DNA from: a virus
Taxonomy: Duplodnaviria; Caudoviricetes
Virus record (IMG/VR): IMGVR_UViG_3300022602_000026
DNA: 64,000 nucleotides
Direction: 5' to 3' (one strand)
The notes under the pieces were generated by a model that was given only the letters and a program-made list of their open reading frames with translations, searched no databases and had not been told where the DNA came from. Of the stretch, positions 1-7,008 are shown one piece after another; within the stretch, counting starts at the first letter, position 1, and each line of letters starts with the position of its first letter. The position numbers and the translations under genes were made by a program.

Positions 1-969
1 CTAAACCGTGCAATTGATAATGCAACCATTGTATATAATAACAACAAGTTTATTAAAAAAGAAATTGAAAAACACAAAGAAAAGGCTGCTGATAAACAGG
101 TCAAAAACGAAGGTGTGGCGGAAGGCAAGGAAGAATTACACGCACAACTTCAATCAATCAATCAAAAGTTAAAATTAATGAGAGGTGGTCCAGTTGGAGA
201 ACCTAATAGTATGGCTTTTGTTGAAAAACGCAAAGAATTACTAAAACAAAAAGAACAAATACTATCACAGTTGAAGCAAGGTGTGGCGGAAGGTGATGTG
301 GTGGCATTTAAACGTCCGGTTAGTCAACCCAAGACAAACCAGCAACCACAAAACTATCATGCAGCACTAGAATTAGCCGGTGATTGGTTTTGGTTAGAGC
401 AAGGCCCAATGGCACACGAAATGGGAACTGCCAAGGAACGCAAAATGCAACGATTGGCTGCCCAAAAGTTGGTTGCACTCAAAAAATTGGGATACTCAGT
501 AGATTGGCCTTTGGACGACGATGATTTTTACGGCGTTGATTTAACATACATACCCACTAAACAGACCTGGCGTATTGATGCAGATAATTTAGGTGAAAGT
601 ATGCAAGGTGTAGTGGAAGCAGAGTTTGAGCCACACACTGCAAAGTTTGGTAAACAAGTATTGGGCTATGGTAAAGGTCGAGACGAGCCTGAAGGTCACA
701 ACAACATTGAAATACAGATCAATGGTCGTACTTGGAAAATCTTCCCGGGTGCAGGTCCAGAAGGCAGTAAAGCATGGTTTGAACAAAAGCAAAAGATGCG
801 TGAAATGTGCAAACGTAAAAGTGCCGAGACTGGTAAAGAATGGCGTATGTACATTACTGGTAGACCCACAACAGAGAGCGTGGCCAAAGCCAAAGAAGAA
901 GATATTACAGAAGATATATACGAGAGTAGACTTTATAAAATGAAACTAGCAGGATACGAGATCAAATGA
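1..969 (+). CDS. Modular hypothetical phage protein with GVAEG linkers; 5'-truncated by the window edge
   Basis: Frame 1 is open from base 1 (LNRAIDNATIV...KNEGVAEGK), so the track start at 115 is internal. GVAEG occurs twice. Confidence 0.7.
   Translation, partial: LNRAIDNATIVYNNNKFIKKEIEKHKEKAADKQVKNEGVAEGKEELHAQLQSINQKLKLMRGGPVGEPNSMAFVEKRKELLKQKEQILSQLKQGVAEGDVVAFKRPVSQPKTNQQPQNYHAALELAGDWFWLEQGPMAHEMGTAKERKMQRLAAQKLVALKKLGYSVDWPLDDDDFYGVDLTYIPTKQTWRIDADNLGESMQGVVEAEFEPHTAKFGKQVLGYGKGRDEPEGHNNIEIQINGRTWKIFPGAGPEGSKAWFEQKQKMREMCKRKSAETGKEWRMYITGRPTTESVAKAKEEDITEDIYESRLYKMKLAGYEIK
110..293 (+). repeat. 16-nt direct repeat AAGGTGTGGCGGAAGG at 110-125 and 278-293
   Basis: Exact match read from the sequence; both copies encode GVAEG in frame. 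Confidence 0.9.
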
Positions 970-1403
970 ACGAAGAATTACAAAAAGCAGCACGCATAGC
1001 ATTTGCCACAGAGTTTAGCTTTTACTTGAAAAGTCATTACTTTCACTGGAATGTAGAGGGTATTCACTTTCAAGAATATCATGCCTTGTTTGAAACCATC
1101 TACACCGAAGTGTATGGTATACTAGACGAGTTTGCCGAAAAGATTCGTAGCCTGGGTGCGTATGCTCCTGGTAGTCTCAGTAAATTAAGTATGTTGGCAC
1201 AAATAGAAGATCAAGACACGGTGCCCAACACACATGAAATGGTGTTGATGTTGTTGGAAGACAGTGATAAAGTCTGTGCACTATTAAAGATAGTTTATGA
1301 TGTTGCTGAATCTGCAGGCGAACATGGCTTCAGTAACTTTCTGGCAGAGCGTATGGACGCACATCGCAAACACAGTTGGATGCTACGCAGTAGTCTAAAA
1401 TAA
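966..1403 (+). CDS. dps: Dps/ferritin-like DNA-protection protein
   Basis: HYFHWNVEG..F...H..FE and D..AE.IR.LG ferroxidase motifs; C-terminal HRKHSWML; 145 aa. Confidence 0.9.
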   Translation: MNEELQKAARIAFATEFSFYLKSHYFHWNVEGIHFQEYHALFETIYTEVYGILDEFAEKIRSLGAYAPGSLSKLSMLAQIEDQDTVPNTHEMVLMLLEDSDKVCALLKIVYDVAESAGEHGFSNFLAERMDAHRKHSWMLRSSLK

Positions 1404-4400
1404 TGCATTTATTTGACTTGTTTGAATCTGCCACAAACTATGTCACACGTATAGACTCCAAGCCTATACAAGATTTTGCCTCCAATCTAAAAACATATCG
1501 ACACACCGATGACTGGACACAAAGTGGATTAGAAACCGGCGATGATTCATATTGGAAAAAGAAAAATTTAAAGACACAGACTAGTAAAGGATTATATGCC
1601 GGAGATCCGCAGTTTACAGCACTGTATGCCACAGGCAACGCACACGAAACTCGCTATGTGGCCAAATATGGTCCTGGGCATCCCATAGTATGGTTTGACA
1701 AAAAAGATTTACCAAGAATAAGAAATAAGAAAACCTATTTAACAGTATTTGATGCCGACAACTTTGAAAAGAAACCCAGTGGTGAATATTTTAGTAGCAA
1801 TCCCGGCGTGCCAGTTAAGCAAAAAGAAATATCCGATCCGTTCCAATACATAACCGATCAAGGTTGGGTTATACGCATCACCGACAATTTGCCCCAAGTA
1901 TTAAAGAAATTGCAACAGGAAAAAGACTGTCAATACGGCAGCGAAGGTATGAACGAAGACGTAGAAGAGGGTAAAATACTACACCCCGATAGAATCAACC
2001 TCTATCTAAATCTACGCAAGCCCAATGCCCGACCAATTCAAATAGCACACAACATTCCTTATAAGGCAATGGATGCAGTTATACAAAAACTTGTCAGCAA
2101 GTATTCCGACGTTGAAGCTGACATGTTTGAATTTAGGCCCGCTAGGGCTCTAAGAGAAGAACAAGATCCCGCAGTTGTGGAACTGTTAAAGAAAATGAAT
2201 TATCGTATGTGGGACAAAGGTGAAGGCGAATACGGCATGACCTTCAATAACACACGTCTTGAATTTAACAGTGCCGGAGTATTTTATAACGGCCCGCCAG
2301 TGAAAGGGCCCAATGGCGTCAAACCAAATTTTGGAATTAAATGGCGTCATGATCCCGAATGGTATAGCCCAAGGGGAGAAATAAGTTTCGGTCTGGCCTG
2401 GCAAATGGGGCTATTCCCAAAAATTAAGGGGATATATCCATATCTCCAAGCAATGGATAAACAGGGCCATAGCGATCGCAACAACTGTCTTAAAATAGAT
2501 CAGGTGATGGTAAAATCCGCCGTCGACTATGTTCGCAGCCAAAACACACCAGTCAATGAAGACAGTGGTGAGAATGACTTGTATGCTGCATACGATAAAA
2601 TCTTAATTGACCTGTGTGATGGTATTGTCAAGCATCAAAAGCAGGACAGTGATCGTTATGGTTTAGTTGCTGCCGCAGTTGTAGATCCCGATCACAATGT
2701 GGTATATGGTATAAATCACAAACTACCATCAGGTAAACGAGTACATGCCGAACGTGCTGCAATGGCAAATTATATTAACAAGTATGGTGCTATACCCGAG
2801 AATAGTGTTATAATAACCACACTGAGTCCCTGTGTTGATGATATGCCAGACCGTAAAGGACCCAGTTGCACAGAATTACTAAATGATAGTCCAATAACTA
2901 GAGTCTATGCCGGTTACCGAGACCACAGCCAAACACATCTAGCACACGATGAATTTGATGTTGTGTATACCGAAAACAAAAATATCGAAAGTGTTTGTAA
3001 AGAAATCGCAGACTGTTTCTTAGATGAAGAAGCCACTATGATGGATCCTGCTGACTATCGTGGTGAAAGTATAACCGAAGCCAAAAAGCGCCGAGCCAAA
3101 ACCCTAATTGATGGTATGATCAAGACCTTGGAACGTCAAGGCCGTAGCCGAGACGAAGCCATTGCCGATATCAAAAAGCAAGTGGATGCACAGTTTTATG
3201 AAAGCATTGATCATTTAGTAGAAGACGCATTTAATGGTATAGATATCAATATTGAAATACAAAAAGACGATGAATATGTTGATGATGACGATTACGATAA
3301 TCAAGTAATGTATGTTACAGCTACGAGTAACGGCCGTGAGTTGGGTCATGTATTATTTGCCTTTGATGGTGAATATTTACTACCACAAGACCTAGAAGTT
3401 GACGAACGTTATCGTGGACAAGGCATTGCTCAAACCATGTATGACTATGTGAAAAGTAAAGGTTATAAGATACGCCGTAGTGGTCAACAGACTGATGCTG
3501 GCGCTGGCTTTTGGGCCAAACATCGTCCCGGACAAAACGTGTGGGAAGCATTTGATCAACCCTATCAAATCAAATGGGAAAAGGGCGACTTTGGTGATTA
3601 TGATGCGCTGGCACAATTAGAGGATGGTAACTATCTCAGTATCATGTTTAACAAAGACTATAACAAACACAAGCAAGAAGGTTATAGTGTAGAATTTTGG
3701 AGAAACAACAGTCAAGAGGTCACTGGCGAAGGTGATGCACAACGTGTATTTGCCACAGTATTAAAGGCTATAAAACAGTTCATTAAAAAAACAAAACCCG
3801 GATTCATCATGTTCTCTGCCGACAAAGAACCCGAGTCGGGGCAGAGTGCAAGTCGTTCTAAATTATATTCTCGATTGGTACAACGCTATGCCGCTGCCTG
3901 GGGATATAGTGCTCGTGAACAAGATAGTGGACACAAGGTCACTTACGAATTAACTAGACTGGATTCGGATGTGGACGAAAACTTTGCTGATGGTAAAAAT
4001 CCCGGACGCAAGGGACTTGCTAAACGCTCAGGTGTTAACACCAAGGCCAGTGTAAGTAGTCTAAGAAAAACCGCTAAACATAGTACGGGAGAGAAAGCCC
4101 GTATGGCACACTGGTTGGCCAACATGAAGGCCGGCAAAAAGAAACATGCCAAAGAAGCCGTAGATGAAGATGCTATCAATGAAATTGAAAATTTACAATC
4201 ATACCAATATACAGGTGGTAAAGATGTGTTAAAACATCCTATGTTTACTGATCCCCGGGCAGTAAACCAAAAAAATATAAAACCGTTACCGGGCGGCAGT
4301 GGATTAAATTACGCCACTGTTGACAATGGACGTTTTTTAGAAATAAGAATATTAGATCAATCGGGGCAAGAAGCCGTCGGACAATTGAAATTGATGCGGG

Positions 4401-4909
4401 TAGGTTTTCCTATCAATAATGCATACCAAGTGAGTACTGTCACAGTGGATGAAGATTATCGAGGACAGGGTATTGCCAAGGCCTTGTACGGTGTTGCACT
4501 AAGCATATTAAAAATAACCTTGCTTGCCGGATCACAACAAACACCCGGCGGTAAACGTAATTGGATGAGTCTAGCACAAATTCCCGGAGTTGAAGTTCGC
4601 GGCTACGTAGAATTGGAAAACAGTGATCTTAAATATAAAAAGTTACATAAACAAAAAAATGCTAAGGATCTCGCAAGTGCAGAGAGAAGAAACGCAATAG
4701 TTGATAAAAATATCGATATTGTAATGGGACGATTGGGCGGTGACTATCTTGGAGACGACGAGGATGGCAATATGATTTTTGCTTTTGACGTAGTACCTGG
4801 TACCGGATCATTGATGCCAGCAGTAAAAACCGAATTAAACAAACTCTATTATGGTGAATACGATATGTTGTACGTAACTGGATTGTATGCACAGTGGCGT
4901 GGTGCATAA
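1403..4909 (+). CDS. 1168-aa multi-module protein: Zn-dependent nucleotide deaminase domain, two GNAT acetyltransferase domains and several unknown modules
   Basis: HAE (2744-2752) with LSPC...C deaminase motifs; VDERYRGQGIA and VDEDYRGQGIA acetyl-CoA motif A. Confidence 0.8.
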   Translation: MHLFDLFESATNYVTRIDSKPIQDFASNLKTYRHTDDWTQSGLETGDDSYWKKKNLKTQTSKGLYAGDPQFTALYATGNAHETRYVAKYGPGHPIVWFDKKDLPRIRNKKTYLTVFDADNFEKKPSGEYFSSNPGVPVKQKEISDPFQYITDQGWVIRITDNLPQVLKKLQQEKDCQYGSEGMNEDVEEGKILHPDRINLYLNLRKPNARPIQIAHNIPYKAMDAVIQKLVSKYSDVEADMFEFRPARALREEQDPAVVELLKKMNYRMWDKGEGEYGMTFNNTRLEFNSAGVFYNGPPVKGPNGVKPNFGIKWRHDPEWYSPRGEISFGLAWQMGLFPKIKGIYPYLQAMDKQGHSDRNNCLKIDQVMVKSAVDYVRSQNTPVNEDSGENDLYAAYDKILIDLCDGIVKHQKQDSDRYGLVAAAVVDPDHNVVYGINHKLPSGKRVHAERAAMANYINKYGAIPENSVIITTLSPCVDDMPDRKGPSCTELLNDSPITRVYAGYRDHSQTHLAHDEFDVVYTENKNIESVCKEIADCFLDEEATMMDPADYRGESITEAKKRRAKTLIDGMIKTLERQGRSRDEAIADIKKQVDAQFYESIDHLVEDAFNGIDINIEIQKDDEYVDDDDYDNQVMYVTATSNGRELGHVLFAFDGEYLLPQDLEVDERYRGQGIAQTMYDYVKSKGYKIRRSGQQTDAGAGFWAKHRPGQNVWEAFDQPYQIKWEKGDFGDYDALAQLEDGNYLSIMFNKDYNKHKQEGYSVEFWRNNSQEVTGEGDAQRVFATVLKAIKQFIKKTKPGFIMFSADKEPESGQSASRSKLYSRLVQRYAAAWGYSAREQDSGHKVTYELTRLDSDVDENFADGKNPGRKGLAKRSGVNTKASVSSLRKTAKHSTGEKARMAHWLANMKAGKKKHAKEAVDEDAINEIENLQSYQYTGGKDVLKHPMFTDPRAVNQKNIKPLPGGSGLNYATVDNGRFLEIRILDQSGQEAVGQLKLMRVGFPINNAYQVSTVTVDEDYRGQGIAKALYGVALSILKITLLAGSQQTPGGKRNWMSLAQIPGVEVRGYVELENSDLKYKKLHKQKNAKDLASAERRNAIVDKNIDIVMGRLGGDYLGDDEDGNMIFAFDVVPGTGSLMPAVKTELNKLYYGEYDMLYVTGLYAQWRGA

Positions 4910-5021
4910 AGTGTGCCGCAATGGTTAGTGAAGCTCCGCCTGCCAATTCGTTGATGCCTATACATAAAACACGGAAAGTAGTATAGCTCTTCTTCTCCAT
5001 TTGTCCGTGTTGCAACGGCAC

Positions 5022-5031
5022 TAAATATTTA
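5022..5031. promoter_or_regulatory. Palindrome TAAATATTTA giving a T4-late-like TAAATA box on both strands
   Basis: Perfect 10-bp palindrome ending one base before the ACP start codon. Confidence 0.45.
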
Positions 5032-5032
5032 T

Positions 5033-5260
5033 ATGATCACCCAACAACAACTATTCGAAGTTATAGCCAAAGCTGAAGACTTGGATCCAACGTCGTTGAC
5101 TTTGGAAACCAAGTTAAGTGATTTGGGTATAGATAGTCTTGCCAAAATGGAATTGATATTCCACGTTGAAGATCAATATAAAATTATGCTACCAAGTAAC
5201 GAGCTCGATGTTTCGACATTGGGCGAAGTTTTGGATTTGGTCAACAGACACCTACCTTAG
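5033..5260 (+). CDS. Acyl carrier protein
   Basis: 75 aa, acidic, LGIDSL phosphopantetheine attachment motif, followed by ELIFHVEDQYKI helix. Confidence 0.85.
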   Translation: MITQQQLFEVIAKAEDLDPTSLTLETKLSDLGIDSLAKMELIFHVEDQYKIMLPSNELDVSTLGEVLDLVNRHLP

Positions 5261-5261
5261 G

Positions 5262-5335
5262 ACTTTATGTCACGGTGTGCCCGGCTGCTGGGCCGAATAC
5301 TATGGGAGTCGTGCCCCGGAATGGTATTCTAAAGT
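5262..5335 (+). ncRNA. Candidate structured RNA (multi-stem, possible pseudoknot), family unassigned
   Basis: ACTTTA/TAAAGT, GCCCGG/CTGGGC and GAATAC/GTATTC stems; 34 of 50 bases G+C at 5271-5320 in an AT-rich genome. Confidence 0.4.
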
Positions 5336-5348
5336 GAGCAATTTACTC

Positions 5349-5377
5349 TTGCATTTTTACAACAACTCCCGTATAAT
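5349..5377 (+). promoter_or_regulatory. sigma70-type promoter
   Basis: TTGCAT-17 bp-TATAAT upstream of AGGAG RBS and ATG at 5396. Confidence 0.75.
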
Positions 5378-5395
5378 ACAATTTTAGGAGTAAAC

Positions 5396-5662
5396 ATGAG
5401 CGACTACAATCGTACATTTAACGGTGATGCAAAGATCAAACTAACACAACTGATCAACGAAGGTATGCAGGTACTACAAGAAGTTGAGGACCTAAATACC
5501 GGGCTTAATGAAACAATCAAAGCAATTGGTGAAGAATTAGAAATTAAACCTGCGACATTAAAGAAAGCAATTAAAATTGCTCATAAAGCACGACTAGGTG
5601 AAACCAATAGAGATCATGACGAATTGAACACAATTTTGGAAACGGTTGGTAAAACACTTTGA
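5396..5662 (+). CDS. Small dsDNA-binding protein, T4 DsbA/GapR-like
   Basis: 88-aa helical protein with the pattern L..E...L...IK....EELEIKPATLKKAIKIAHK. Confidence 0.55.
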   Translation: MSDYNRTFNGDAKIKLTQLINEGMQVLQEVEDLNTGLNETIKAIGEELEIKPATLKKAIKIAHKARLGETNRDHDELNTILETVGKTL

Positions 5663-6666
5663 AGACTATTGTTCATACCTGTAGTAGCGTATTGGTAAGG
5701 CCCAACGGTATAGTACGTTATATCAATAGTGTAATAGATCTGCAACGCAGTCTAGGGCATCGAGTTATATTTGTGACTGATGCCAAACCCACACAAAAGA
5801 TCAGCGCAGACAAAATACTTTACGTCAATGCCGAATCCGCATACATTCCCAATATGCGTGACGATCATGTGTGGTTACAGGTTTCGTCTCGGGTTGTATC
5901 ACAAATTGAGCAGGCATTTAAACAATTGGATGTAGAACCCAGTTTGGTTATTGCACACGACTTACACAGTTTTCTAGGTTGTGAACGAGAGTTCAAGGAT
6001 GGCGTTTTTGTACAACACGAAAGTGATGTAATGAACAACGACGGACGTTACAGTTTCTTAAGTGACGAATATTTGCAACAACAGATTGATGTTGTGAACC
6101 GTACCGAATGGCGAGTTGGCATGTGTGCTCCTTACAGTCATCAAATTCAGCCCAAACGACCCGTTTACACTCCGCCACCATTTGTGCCACAAGGTACAAC
6201 AGGGGCCAATCAAACACGTGGATTGTTATACATCGGTGACACTACCGATCGTAAAGGTGCCAGAGAATTCATGGCCATGGCACAGGCATTGGCAGTAACT
6301 CCAACTGTGATCACACACGAGCCTGATGCTGAATTATTTGCCGGTGCAGATGTGTATACATTTGGTCTTGATCAACGAGACGAAATGTTCAAACTGATCA
6401 GCGAATGCCGTGTTGCTTTTGTGCCCAGCAAGAACGAATGTTTTAGTTTGGCTATATTGGAGTCGGCTCAATTCATTCCCACAGTGGTTGACAGTCAGTA
6501 TCAATGGACTGAACATGTGGCGGACTTGGGTGTACTACGTGCCACCGGTGCCGAGTTGTATGCCGTAATCGATGCCGAATTACAAAGCACAACCAAATAC
6601 GATCGACGTTTGCTCGACATTTGGGCCCGCAACAGTATTCGTTTTTGGACCAACTTGACCACATGA
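5659..6666 (+). CDS. GT-B fold glycosyltransferase (GT4-like)
   Basis: N-terminal NGIVRY, YIGD...KG, and PSKNECFSLAILE (E-x7-E) motif. Confidence 0.75.
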   Translation: MKTIVHTCSSVLVRPNGIVRYINSVIDLQRSLGHRVIFVTDAKPTQKISADKILYVNAESAYIPNMRDDHVWLQVSSRVVSQIEQAFKQLDVEPSLVIAHDLHSFLGCEREFKDGVFVQHESDVMNNDGRYSFLSDEYLQQQIDVVNRTEWRVGMCAPYSHQIQPKRPVYTPPPFVPQGTTGANQTRGLLYIGDTTDRKGAREFMAMAQALAVTPTVITHEPDAELFAGADVYTFGLDQRDEMFKLISECRVAFVPSKNECFSLAILESAQFIPTVVDSQYQWTEHVADLGVLRATGAELYAVIDAELQSTTKYDRRLLDIWARNSIRFWTNLTT

Positions 6667-6947
6667 TAAAAAATATTGTCGACTACATACGCATAGACTG
6701 GCAAAGTAATCCTAGACGTTTTTGTTTAGAATTATTTTCTTGGGCCTGTGCCACCGGTAGTGCTGTAACTTTTGCCTTGACTGCACCCAATGTGCCATTT
6801 GTTCCATTGTACTTTGTTTACATATCGGGCACAGTATCTGCGGCATGGTGTTGTTATACACGTGGCAGTTTTGGCTTGATGGCCAATGCTGTTTTTATAG
6901 CCACAGTTGATTGTTTTGGTCTTGCAAGATTACTAAATATTATATAG
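6663..6947 (+). CDS. Small membrane protein
   Basis: Three hydrophobic segments; ATG at 6663 overlaps the upstream stop. Confidence 0.6.
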   Translation: MIKNIVDYIRIDWQSNPRRFCLELFSWACATGSAVTFALTAPNVPFVPLYFVYISGTVSAAWCCYTRGSFGLMANAVFIATVDCFGLARLLNII

Positions 6948-6951
6948 AGTC

Positions 6952-7003
6952 GTTGGCTATACCAACATGCAGAGTAAGTGTAAGCTCTAAATTACACAAG
7001 GAG
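6952..7003 (+). promoter_or_regulatory. Structured leader of the DNA polymerase gene (hairpin plus possible pseudoknot next to the RBS)
   Basis: GTTGG/CCAAC hairpin; AGAG/CTCT and GTGTAA/TTACAC interleaved stems; AAGGAG at 6998-7003. Confidence 0.4.
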
Positions 7004-7008
7004 TTAGT

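Noticed and set aside
4662-5021. 119-aa minus-strand ORF behind the palindromic TAAATA
   Set aside because: About two thirds overlaps the GNAT module of the large gene, with no RBS or motif. Not supported as a CDS.
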